Shown piece by piece: positions 33,701 to 43,604 of a stretch of DNA of 64,000 nucleotides. The stretch covers positions 157,604,001 through 157,668,000 of the forward strand of contig OX597815.1 in NCBI GenBank assembly GCA_951406725.2. The letters run 5' to 3'. Source of the stretch: Octopus vulgaris (taxonomy: Eukaryota). Position numbers and translations under genes: made by a program. The notes below the pieces were generated by a model. That model saw only the letters and a list, made by a program, of their open reading frames with translations. It was not told where the DNA came from and did no database searches. Position 1 is the stretch's first letter; each line of letters begins with the position of its first letter.

Positions 33701-36700
33701 CAGATGGCTGCATCAAACTCCAATCTTGATTTGGCATAGTTTCTACAGCTGGGTGCCCTTTCTAACGCCAACCACTCCGAGAGTGTAGTGGGTGCTTTTA
33801 CGTGCCACCAGCATGAGGGCCTGTCAGGCGGTACTAGCAATGGCCACACTCAAATGGTGCTCTTTACGTGCCACCTGCACAGGAGCCAGTCCAGCAGCAC
33901 TGGCAACGACCTCGCTCGAATGTTTTTTTCATGTGCCACCAGCACAAGTGCCAGTAAGGCGGCGCAGATAACGATCATGCTCGAATGGTGCTTTTTATTT
34001 AGCAGGAGAATATGAATGATATAGATACCTATCTTTTTTTTTTGCTTCGTTTTTTTTTTGGCTTGGCATATTGCCTCTGGATACAACACAATTATGATTT
34101 ATGAAACTGGTGGTGCATTTGAGTTGTGAGTGTCAGTGTGGGTAACTACTAGACAATAGAATAAGCCAGTTGATGAGAGAGAGAGAGAGCACCTACAATA
34201 GCAGAACTGAAGCAAATAATGAAAGACTAGGACAAAAAAAAAAAGCTGCTACTTAGAGAAATGCAACTTTTCATCATTGCTTTCAATTGTAATAGGGTCT
34301 TTTCTACTCTAGGCACAAGGCCCAACATTTTTGGTGAGGGGGCAGTCAATTAGATCAACCCCAATACACAACTGGTACTTAATTTATCGACCCTGAAAGG
34401 ATGAAAGGCAAAGTCGACCTCAGCGGAATTTGAACTCAGAACGTAAAGACAGATAAAATACCACTAAGCATTTTGCCTGGTGTGTCTGGGCAGTCAATTA
34501 GATCAACCCCAATACGCAACTGGTACTTAATTTATCGACCCTGAAAGGATGAAAGGCAAAGTCGACCTCAGCGGAATTTGAACTCAGAACGTAAAGACAG
34601 ATAAAATACCGCTAAGCATTTTGCCTCGTGTGCTAACGTTTCTGTCAGCTCGTCACCGTTAAATTGTAATAGGACGACAGGATTGTCTGCATGTGTAAAC
34701 CAATGCATTGATTTGCGTGTCTTCATCTCAAAAGGAATGGGGTTGATGTGATTGAATAAAACCTTTTAAAAGCTGTGCTCCAGTATAACTAGTCTGGTAA
34801 TTGAACTAATAAAAAGTTAAATATGTTTGTCATTTACATTATTGCAAATTAAACATCATAACTCTTGTATTCCTGTTTGTTTCATGCATGCTAATATTTT
34901 GTGTTGTGAAATATATTCCCAGAACTGCTCGTGCTAAACAGAAAGGTACAGCTTTATCATTTGTAAATAGTAAAGAGAGAGAAATCTTTGATGAAGTCGA
35001 GGAAGTTATAATACAAGAATCAGGTATGATTCTCTTTGCATTTTTACAATGTTTTTCATGGCAAATTTTCAGATTTTCATATGAATTCTTAATGTAGGTA
35101 GATATTTTGGGGGCTGAAATGTATTTTTTAATGCCAGCCACAGAACACAAAGGGAATGTAGTTCTTAATTGTAACTAAATAAAAGAAGTTTGAATAATGT
35201 TGATGAAGATTACAATACTTTGGCCATTGTAGTATTAGACCTTGATGTTGCTAGTCTAGTACATTACTTCACGCCTTACTTCCCTGGGCATGGACACATT
35301 GAAACTCCGACATCTGGCAGCTGACTTGGCAGACACCCATAAAATTATTAACCATCTTACAAACAAAAACTCTGAACAAACACCCGTGGGCATATTTACA
35401 AAGTCAGAAAACAGCACAGCTCCCATGACTTTAGGAAACATTTTTTCACGCTGAGAGTTGCTGAAGCATGAAACAAACTGCTGGCATCAGTTGTTAGTTG
35501 TCGGAGCACTGCATCCTTCAAAACTTCCATGCTTTCTGAGATTCACCAATACTACACCTGATTTTCTCCCCTCCATACACACACAAGCATTGCATCCTTC
35601 AAACACACACAAGCACTGCATCCTTCATAACTTCCATGCTTTCTGAGATTCACCAACACTACACCTGATTTTCTCCCCTCCATACACACACAATCCTGTA
35701 TCTGACTCATACATTGTTCGCTTTCCAGACATTTGTACATTACTGCATACACTTTATATGCACTTTCTGACAAGTTGTGGTGCACCTGAGCACTGTATAC
35801 AATAATTTCATTATTATTATTATTATCATTCAGATGAGTCCAAAGTTCTTAGTTCTTCTTTGTTGATATGTATTGGCAATTTCAGTTGTGCTGTTTTCTT
35901 TTCATTTTTATATAATAAAATATTCTAAAATGTTTCTCTACTTTCTTTTAGGAGATAGTGGAAGCAATTTCAAACCATTCAACTTCAATATGAAGAGAAT
36001 TGAAGGTTTTCAGTACAGATCAAAAGTAAGCAACATTCTTTATTTGTAATCCTGTTCTTAAAAATTATTTTTATTGCTTCTTAATCACATCAAAATTAAT
36101 ATAATTTGGATTTAATAAATCCAAATGAATAAAAACTGAGACCATGATGACCCAGCCAATCCATACCAGCTTGGAAAGAGGCCTTGAATTAATTATTTCA
36201 AATTTTGGTACAAAGTATTTTGGCAAATCCCATGACGCTTCTTAGTTTTTGTAATGATTTACATGTTATACTTAAAATTATAGTTATTACTTAAAATAGT
36301 TATACTTAAAATTATAGTTATATTATTGGCGTTAGGAAGGGCATCCAGCTGTAGAAACATTGCCAGATAAGACCGGAGCCTGGTGCAGCCTTCTGGCTTC
36401 CCAGATCCCCGTCCAACCCGTGCTAGCATGGAGAACAGACGTTAAACGATGATGATGATGATGATGATGATTACTGTCAATAAAAATGTTCAGCACACAA
36501 GTAGAAAGAATGATAGTTTGTATCTTTTCACTCGCACTGAGTAGCTTTGCCTTACAAAAGGCTCTCTCTTTATTGTGGAGAGTTCGCTCACTGTTTTACT
36601 CACTAAGTAGTGGGAGCACTGCACAGTTGACAATTGTTTTATTAACTTACATTCTTTAATGCAACTCCTCTAATAAATAGACTGAGAAGTGTTTTTCAAC

Positions 36701-39700
36701 TGTTTAACTATTAACTTTGGAATATTTTCTAATGCAGCAACGTTTCCATTAGTAAGGCGGCAAGCTGGCAGAATTGTTAGCATGCCGGACGAAATGCTTA
36801 ACAGTATTTCGTCTGCCATTATGTTCTGAGTTCAAATTCTGCCTAGGCCGACTTTGCCTTTCATCCTTTTCGGGGTCGATAAATTAAGTACCAGTTATGC
36901 ACTGGGGGGGTGGGGGGGTGTAATCGACTTAATCCCTTTGTCTGTTCCTGTTTGTCCTCTCTGTGTGTAGCCCCTTGTGGGCAATAAAGAAATAAGTAAT
37001 TGAGGATAACAATAAATAAATAAATAAAATGTGTTTTTTTAAAAGTAATTTTGTTAACGATATCACTTCTCTTATGCAAGATTAATTATGTTTATCAAAA
37101 GATAGACCAACTTTTCATAAAAGTTTAAATTTCAATAGCACTGGTGTAAGTGTTTGGTAAGAAACTTATTTTCCAGCATCATGGTCTCTTTCAGTCCCAT
37201 TATATGACAACTTGAACAAGTGTCTTTTACTGTAACTCTGGACCAACCAAAACCATGTGAGTGGATTTGGTAAATGGAAACTGAAAGAAGCCTGTAGTGT
37301 GTGTGGATGTTACTCTCTTCTTGCCAGGACTGCATGATAGTTGTAAAAACAATTGTTACTGTCATTCAAGTAGTGTCCTTCATTTATTGTCTTTCATGAA
37401 AAACATGTCTGATCATGTGGAAATATTACCTTAATTGAAAACAGGTGAGGGTTGATGAGAGGAAGGGCAACCAGCCACAAAAAAAATCTGCCTCAACAAA
37501 TTCTGTGTGGCCATGTGAGCATGGAAAAATGAATGTTAAAACAGTGGTGATGATGATAATGATGAAGGGTTAGCAACATAAAAAGCATCCAACCTCAAAT
37601 AAGTCCCTGTTTAACCCTTTAGCATTTAAACCGGCCATATCCGGCCAAAAGTATTCTGCTTTTTTTATGTTCAAATTGGCCATATCTGATCTCTCACACC
37701 AACCCTACAATATCATCTTAAAAATTAACAGCTACCTCATCAAAATCTCATAACTACAAGATAATGCATGATTAGTTCAAAACAATGTGGATAAAAAAGC
37801 ATTGGTTTTGGCAGAATAATGTGAACACTAAAGGGTTAAATCATGCAGGCATGGAGAAAAGAATTATAGGTATCAAATAGGAGAATAACCCCAACACTGC
37901 TTAAAGCAACTATTTAACCCTTTTGATGCCATTGTTCTCAAAAGCACCTCTGGGTTTTATGATACAAATTTCCTGTTTTACAGTGATTTGAATTGAAACC
38001 ATCCATTGCAATCTCATGTTAAGACTTGCTTAATAATAACAAATTTATTTTACTAAATTCTTCATTACTTTCAAAATTAATTGAAATAAAGTCAGTTTAT
38101 TTCAACAAAAATGTGGTAACAAAAGGGTTAATTTGCAAATGTTCTTTGCTTATATTGAATAAATGGTTTCATAGTATTGTGCAAATGAAGTGCAACTTTT
38201 AGTTAGTTAGTGCAGTAAGACTGCAACCTGATTATGATTGCCCATTAAAACTGTTTTATTATTCATGTGATGAAAAAAAGTTGTTTTTTTGTTTTGTTTA
38301 ATTTTTCATTGACCAATCTGATGGATCACCCCAATATAAAAAAAAAATTCTGTTCAACTAAAATCCTGTAAGGTGTCACCCCAGCATGGTCTTAGTCTAG
38401 TGATTGAAGCAAAAGAAAAAAAAGAATCAATTTGGTTGTGCCGGTGACACATAAAAATGCCGATGGCATGTGAAAAAACATTCGAGTGAGGTTGCCAGTG
38501 CCACTGGACTGGATCCTGTGCAGGTGGCACGTAAAAAACACCATTTGGATGTGGCCGTTGCCAGTACCGCCTGACTGGCCCTCGTGCCCATGCCACGTAA
38601 AAGCACTCACTACACTCTTGGAGTGGTTGGTGTTAGGAAGGGCATCCAGTTGTAGAAACCCTACCAGATCAGATTGAAGCCTAGTGCAGCAATCTGGTTC
38701 GCCAGTCCTCAGTCAAATCTTCCAACCCATGCTAGCATGGAAAGCAGACGTTAAACGATGATAATAAATGCATAAATTTCTTACAGTTGTTCATTTTTTT
38801 TTTTTTTTTTACTTTTACCAGGATGCTTTGAATGTCTGCACAAGAAAAGCTGTCAAAGAAGCAAGACTAAAAGAAATTCGACAAGAAGTCCTAAATTCTA
38901 AGAAATTAAATGTAAGTTTCTAATATCTAATCAAAATTCATGTAACCATCACTCTGATATATTATTGTCTTTGGTCAGCTTTGTCTCAGAAGACAGTAGT
39001 GTCCTTCACTCAAATAGGTTTCTTGTACAGGTCAGATATTCTTGATAAGCCACACTTCATTCCAGTACATTCTATCCTGCAGGAATTGATAGTGTGGTAG
39101 TAGACTGTATGATATGTGTTTTAGCGTCTTGTTGCTTCATATGTAATTAATCCTTCAGACACAGGTATGGCTGTGTGGTGAAGGCACCTTGGTGAAGTGT
39201 TTTCCACTATAGCCCCAGGTTGAACAAAGCCATGTGAGTCGATTTGGTAGATGGAAACTGAAAGAAGCGTATTGTATATTTGTGTGTTTATGCCTCTTTG
39301 CTTTAGTATCACATGATAGTTGTAAAGAAGTGTTACTGACACAGAAGCAGTATCATTTGTTTCCCATCTTCCATGAAGATGTGTCTGGTGATGGGGAAAA
39401 TATTACTTTGTCAGGAAACGAGTGAGGTTTGGTGACCGGAAGGACATCCAGCCATAGAAAATTTGTCTGAACAAATTCCAGCTGATCCATGCAAGCATGA
39501 AAAAGTGGACGTTAAAGTTATGATGAGAATGATGATTAGCATATTTCTGTTGAAATACGCTATCATTGTTTCAGTTAATTTTTAAAATAATGAAGAATGC
39601 TGTAAAGTAACTTTGTCATTAAGCTGGTGTTTAAATCATAAAATAGCATCATATTTTGATAGATTTGCTTCAATTTGATTTGGATTACTTTAAAACAGGA

Positions 39701-42700
39701 AGTTTGTATCATGGAGTCAAAGAACCAGGCAGACTGGTCGAGACTGACAAAGTCAATTCAGTTGATATATAGCATTCTTGATTCTCTGCATTGTTTCGAC
39801 ATAATTTTTAGAATTGGATACATGCATGGTTGTGTGGTTAAAAAGTTCACTTTTCAACTGTTTGGTTTTCAGTTCAATCCCACTGTGCAGCACCTTGGGC
39901 AAGTCTCTTATACCTCAGCCTCAGTTCAACCAGTACCTTATGAGTTAAACATGTTAAACACAAACTATGGAAGCTCATAGGAGGCACCGTTTTTGAGTGG
40001 GAGACTTAATCTATTTCCTGGTTGAACACCACTACTTGGCCTTTGGTGCTTTTAGTGGAAAATATTCTGTTGCAAACATTCTGACCAGGTCTCTTATCTT
40101 AGGGTTATTTCTTCCTACCTTTCATGAAGGCTCTGAAAAGGGAAATGGGCCCTGTCCCCACTCCTTTGCCAAAATCATGTGAAAAGATTCAGGACAAATA
40201 TACCATGATGTTTATAGTTATATTCTGAGGTTTGTTTTGCCTTTCATCTTCCCAAAACAGAAAACAAAACAGTTAAATAATTTAATCAGCAAATCAACCA
40301 TGACCTCCTACAAAAAAAGTGATTTCTTGTGTTATAGACCACTACTATGATGACCCTTATCTATACTTTTTTTTTTGTAGTCATTTTTCCAAGCTCATCC
40401 AAGGGATAAAGAAGTTTTACATCATGATGCAAAATTACAATTTTCTCAGAAATCTTTGAAGCTAGAAAATGTTCCTGATTATTTAAGTAAGTAACAGCAA
40501 TCGTATTTAATATATTACTGTCTATATTGATTGTTTCTAGAACACTCGCGAGAATAATTCAAGTGCCACTAGTTTTGGCAAGTTTTGAATTATAAAAGTT
40601 ATCATTATCCAAATAATTATTTATAATTGCACTGGGAAAAGGCCACATTTTCAAGGAGAGTATAGTCCGTTATTTTGAGTCTTGTATTTGACTATCGTTT
40701 AGCGTCTTCTTTCCATGCCGGCATGGGTTGGACGGTGCAACTGGGGTTTGGCAAGCCAGAAGGCTGCACCAGGCCCAATCTGATCTGGCAATGTTTCTAC
40801 GGCTGGATGCCCTTCCTAACGCCAACCACTCCATGAGTGTAGTGGGTGCTTTTTATGTGCCACCTGCACAGGTGCCAGACAAGTCTGGCAAACGGCCACA
40901 GTCGGATGGTGCTTTTTACGTGCCACCGGCATGGAGGCCGGGTGAGGCTGGCAAACGGCCACTATCGGATGGTGCTTTTTACGTGCCACCGGCACGGAAG
41001 CCAGTCAGGGCAGCACTGGCAATGGCCACGTTCGGATGGTTCTCTTATGTGCCACCAGCACTGATATCACAGCGACAATTTCCATTCATGTTGATCGATT
41101 TTGATCTTTGATTTTTGATTTTCACTTGCCTCAACAGGTCTTCACAAGTAGGGCTTTGTGTCCCAAGAAGGAAAGGTATGCATAAGTGGACTGAGGCCAT
41201 ATATATCTCAAACCATCCAACCCAGCATGGAAAATGGATGTTAAATGATGATGTTGATATATATATATATGTATATATATACTACACTCTCGGAGTGGTT
41301 GGCATTAGGAAGGGTATCCAGCTGTAGAAACTCTGCCAGATCAGATTGGAGTGTGGTTCGCCAGACCTCAGTCAAATCGTCCAACCCATGCTAGCATGGA
41401 AAGCGGATGTTAAACGATGATGATGATATGTGTGTGTGTGTGTGTGTAATGTTTCTTTTTGTTTATCTTTTTCAGTACCTACAACACTTAAAGATTCTAT
41501 ACATAATTCACCCAGTGTCAAAAAAATACAACCATTTTCTCACCAACGGACTTCAAAGAAAAAAAAGGTAATTTTCATTTATTTATATGATTCAAGCTCA
41601 ATTTGCATGAACAGCTGTGATGTTTAAGTTCTGGACTCTTAATTAGTATGTCTCATCTTAGTCATTATGTTGTTGCTAAGCCCCAGATCAAACCTGTTAT
41701 CAGAGTATATACATATACATTCGACATGGGCAATTCCTTCTTGTCTTGAGATTCATGGTCAAACAGCTGGGTGGAATTGCGTGAAAAATTACACAGATGT
41801 GTAGAATCATCCAGTGGTGATGCTGGGCTTTGTATTTTTTCATAGCTCGAGATAATCTACTATAATAATACTCTTGTGTTTATGAATGAGAAAGGAAGGG
41901 GTGATAGATGAATAAAGAAGGAAGGGATGATGTCATACTTGGTAGTGGGATGATGAAAATTGTACACTGAAAAAATAAATCAAACAGCGTTTCAACTCTG
42001 AATATATGTGTGTATATGTAAAAGGTGGGGTATGTGTGTGTGCGCACATGGGCAATGGAAGTGAGATGGTTCATCTTTGTTCACTTAGTATTTGGGTTTA
42101 TTTTTTGATTTGGTTGAATCTTGGGTTTTTTTCAATTTTTTGTTGGTCAGTTATTTTTAGCGTTTTGACAGAAAAAAGTCATTCTGAAATTGTTTTTTGA
42201 CATAAGCGTGCCCAAACAAGTCGAATGCTTACACAGAGCAGGTTTTACAACCACATCATCCAAACCGATCAGGTAAAACTGGGCTTAGCTGCTTGTATGT
42301 ATGTATATATATGAATATGTGTGTTTGTGGTGCATGTATCTTTGTATTTGTTCCCTCATAAGTTGGCAATGGTATTGATTTGTTTGATTGACCCTAAAAG
42401 CAGTGCTCCAGTATGGCCACAGTCCAATGACTGAAACAATTAAAAGGGTAAACAAATATGTACGTAAGATGGTGTAAATAGAAACATGTGGAACTCTTGT
42501 CGTATACAAACAGAATAACTTTAGCTGTCTATATCATTTTTGCTTGGAACTATTTCCAGTCTATCTCCAGTTCTCATCCATGGACTGAATTTTGGTTGAT
42601 TCTATTTCTAGTCAATGTATTATGTAGAGCAGGGGTTGGGGAACTTTTTTAACCAGTTACCCCAAAATATATTTTATTTACACCAATGTTACCCACTTGA

Positions 42701-43554
42701 TTTGAAAGGAAGGAAATCATAGATTTTTAATTCAAAACGTTTATTGAATCTATTTATATGGAGAATACAATAATGAATATAAAAAGTATAAAACAAATGC
42801 AATAAAATAAATTAATATCTTCATTATGAAACAAAAGGATTTTTCTAGAAACTTTTTCACTTCAAGTTTTGGAGACATGATGTTTCATTTTTGTTACAAT
42901 TACATCAAAATTGGGGTATTTTGATGCTAGAACAATTTAGATAGTCTTCAGGATCCAATCAATTACTCTGTTTTGTTTTTATGTTCATTAAGAATAGAAA
43001 ATCCTTTTTTGCAAAGGTAGGTTGTTGCAAAAGGCAGCAATTTTTTGACTGCCTCTTCATGCCAGAAGAAAAATTTGTTGTAACAAGGAACACATTTTTT
43101 ATATAATTTTACTTATATCTAATGAGTCCTCATTACCCCCAAGACTTTCATTTTTACCCTGCTTGGGGTAATTTACCTCGGTTCACTGACCCCTGACGTA
43201 GAGGAATTCACACTGGCTTTTGACATTACCCCTCTCGTTCAAATTTTAAATGTTTCTGATAATCATTTTATTGCACTAGGCTTCTAACAAAAGTATAATA
43301 AATGAGTAAATAAATAAGATTTGGTAGAATAAACATTTATGAAACTCTAGGCCATTGAGTCACTTTGTAACTTCTGACAAAAAAAAAAAAGAAAAATTTT
43401 GGCAAGAAAACAGAATAATTTGAAAATTACAGAGTCATTTCTTATATATTAACTAATTCTCTATTTACTGTTTCCATTGCAGAGAAAATACCAAGCTGAC
43501 CCATTAAAGAACTTTACATTAAGTTCTAGCAAAAAGAAAAGATATAAAAAATGA
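15140..43554 (+). CDS. DDX56: DEAD-box RNA helicase DDX56 (Dbp9/NOH61), 17 exons, 543 aa
   Basis: All introns GT-AG and phase-consistent (1632 nt total). Q motif [10 protein letters not shown], motif [29 protein letters not shown]; DDX56-type [10 protein letters not shown] and VPDYL segments. Confidence 0.96.
17682..17843 (+). CDS. DDX56: DDX56 exon 2
   Basis: [54 protein letters not shown]. Confidence 0.95.
18829..19240 (-). mobile_element. RTE-LINE 3' UTR copy with ~50-bp internal repeat units and (GAT)n tail
   Basis: Same family as the tail attached to RTE ORF2 at 57.9-58.3 kb; other copies near 4.8, 6.6, 7.3, 17.2, 27.8 and 53.6 kb. Confidence 0.8.
19452..19532 (+). CDS. DDX56: DDX56 exon 3
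   Basis: [27 protein letters not shown] (motif Ia). Confidence 0.93.
19790..20425 (-). mobile_element. RTE LINE ORF2 3' fragment
   Basis: [34 protein letters not shown]; homologous to 57.3-57.9 kb. Confidence 0.88.
20537..20610 (+). CDS. DDX56: DDX56 exon 4
   Basis: [24 protein letters not shown]. Confidence 0.9.
21780..22112 (+). mobile_element. RTE 3' UTR copy, CpG-rich (young), with tandem ~59-bp units
   Basis: CGTTGCCAGCCTCGCCTGGCCCCCGTGCCGGTGGCAxGTAAAAGCACCATC repeated; ends GGACGCTAAATGGTGATGATG. Confidence 0.8.
22622..22792 (+). CDS. DDX56: DDX56 exon 5
   Basis: [32 protein letters not shown]. Confidence 0.95.
23164..23409. repeat. Imperfect palindrome / fold-back MITE remnant
   Basis: AATTGCAGCATAGAAGATGTTTGTAAGCCATT.. 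pairs with ..AATGGCTTACAAATGTCTTCCATGCTGCAATT; inner arms TTGAAACCGCGACCTGTT / AACAGGTTGTGGTTTCAA. Confidence 0.7.
24152..24242 (+). CDS. DDX56: DDX56 exon 6
   Basis: [30 protein letters not shown] (motif III reads TAT). Confidence 0.93.
24953..25153 (-). mobile_element. SINE (GCCTTTCATCC-core family), internally deleted
   Basis: Matches the reverse complement of 51673-51902. Confidence 0.8.
26861..26919 (+). CDS. DDX56: DDX56 exon 7
   Basis: [19 protein letters not shown]. Confidence 0.9.
27559..27606. repeat. (TA)n microsatellite
   Basis: Direct observation; further (TA)n at ~27767-27792 and ~28339-28362. Confidence 0.95.
28102..28206 (+). CDS. DDX56: DDX56 exon 8
   Basis: [34 protein letters not shown] (motif IV). 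Confidence 0.94.
28430..28745 (+). mobile_element. tRNA-SINE, diverged copy of the 46038-46414 family
   Basis: GTGAGTTCAATTCCC B box, GTGTCCTTGAGCAAGACAC, TTTCAAAGGGCCAGCCTTGTCA. Confidence 0.75.
30314..30385 (+). CDS. DDX56: DDX56 exon 9
   Basis: [23 protein letters not shown]. Confidence 0.93.
31441..31548 (+). CDS. DDX56: DDX56 exon 10
   Basis: [35 protein letters not shown]. Confidence 0.92.
31965..32200 (-). mobile_element. RTE 3' UTR copy
   Basis: Close match to 18829-19075. Confidence 0.8.
32848..32958 (+). CDS. DDX56: DDX56 exon 11
   Basis: [36 protein letters not shown]. Confidence 0.95.
33010..33324. mobile_element. hAT-type MITE
   Basis: CAGAGGTTCTCAAA...TTTCAGAACCTATG termini; 8-bp TSD (T/C)TGTAGTT. 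Confidence 0.7.
33626..33995 (-). mobile_element. RTE 3' UTR copy
   Basis: Matches 18829-19240. Confidence 0.8.
34297..34658 (-). mobile_element. SINE with internal 148-bp tandem duplication
   Basis: GGCAGTCAATTAGATCAACCCC...AAGCATTTTGCCT starts at 34341 and 34489. Confidence 0.85.
34923..35023 (+). CDS. DDX56: DDX56 exon 12
   Basis: [33 protein letters not shown]. Confidence 0.94.
35262..35826 (+). mobile_element. CR1-type LINE 3' end with (ATT)n tail and internal ~85-bp duplication
   Basis: [61 protein letters not shown] is a typical CR1 ORF2 C-terminus. Confidence 0.8.
35952..36025 (+). CDS. DDX56: DDX56 exon 13
   Basis: [24 protein letters not shown]. Confidence 0.92.
36327..36470 (+). 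mobile_element. Short RTE 3' end with (GAT)n tail
   Basis: GGCGTTAGGAAGGGCATCCAGCTGTAGAAAC..GTTAAACGATGATGATG. Confidence 0.8.
36756..36995 (+). mobile_element. SINE (GCCTTTCATCC-core family)
   Basis: Matches 51673-51902. Confidence 0.85.
37615..37835. mobile_element. piggyBac-type MITE
   Basis: TTAA|CCCTTTAG...CTAAAGGG|TTAA. Confidence 0.8.
37918..38127. mobile_element. piggyBac-type MITE (second family)
   Basis: TTAA|CCCTTTTG...CAAAAGGG|TTAA; related to 8588-8807 and 53100-53319. Confidence 0.75.
38440..38762 (+). mobile_element. RTE 3' UTR copy
   Basis: Reverse complement of the 18829-19140 family. Confidence 0.8.
38822..38911 (+). CDS. DDX56: DDX56 exon 14
   Basis: [30 protein letters not shown]. 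Confidence 0.94.
40381..40486 (+). CDS. DDX56: DDX56 exon 15
   Basis: [35 protein letters not shown]. Confidence 0.93.
40695..41427. mobile_element. Two RTE 3' UTR copies in inverted orientation (40695-~41100 minus; 41281-41427 plus)
   Basis: Complementary over ~145 bp (40695-40842 vs 41281-41420). Confidence 0.8.
41476..41567 (+). CDS. DDX56: DDX56 exon 16
   Basis: [30 protein letters not shown]. Confidence 0.88.
42630..43195 (-). mobile_element. hAT (Charlie-like) deletion derivative retaining the transposase C-terminus
   Basis: TIRs CAGGGGTTGGGGAAC / GTTCACTGACCCCTG; TSD A(T/C)GTAGAG; minus-strand [19 protein letters not shown] (hAT dimerisation domain). Confidence 0.82.
43483..43554 (+). 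CDS. DDX56: DDX56 exon 17 (terminal)
   Basis: [26 protein letters not shown] stop; DPLKNF parallels the DDX56 C-terminal (N/D)PLxxF motif. Confidence 0.88.
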   Translation, partial: RKYQADPLKNFTLSSSKKKRYKK

Positions 43555-43577
43555 ATTGATATTCAGAAAACAATGGC

Positions 43578-43586
43578 TTTAATAAA
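43578..43586. terminator. Overlapping poly(A) signals: AATAAA (+, 43581-43586) and ATTAAA (-, 43578-43583)
   Basis: TTTAATAAA lies midway between the DDX56 stop and the convergent ORF stop. Confidence 0.6.
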
Positions 43587-43604
43587 ACATCTATTCAATT
43601 TTCA

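Noticed and set aside
40728-41111. 127-aa repetitive ORF (AFYVPPA repeats); similar ORFs at 18905, 21751, 33788 and 38354
   Set aside because: Translations of the internal minisatellite in RTE 3' UTR copies, not genes. The units have no unique spacers, so this is not a CRISPR-like array.
41945-42005. C/D-box snoRNA-like boxes (ATGATGA..CTGA..CTGA) in DDX56 intron 16; also ~38265-38322
   Set aside because: Too short, no terminal stem and no rRNA-complementary guide recognised; a snoscan or Infernal run would be needed.
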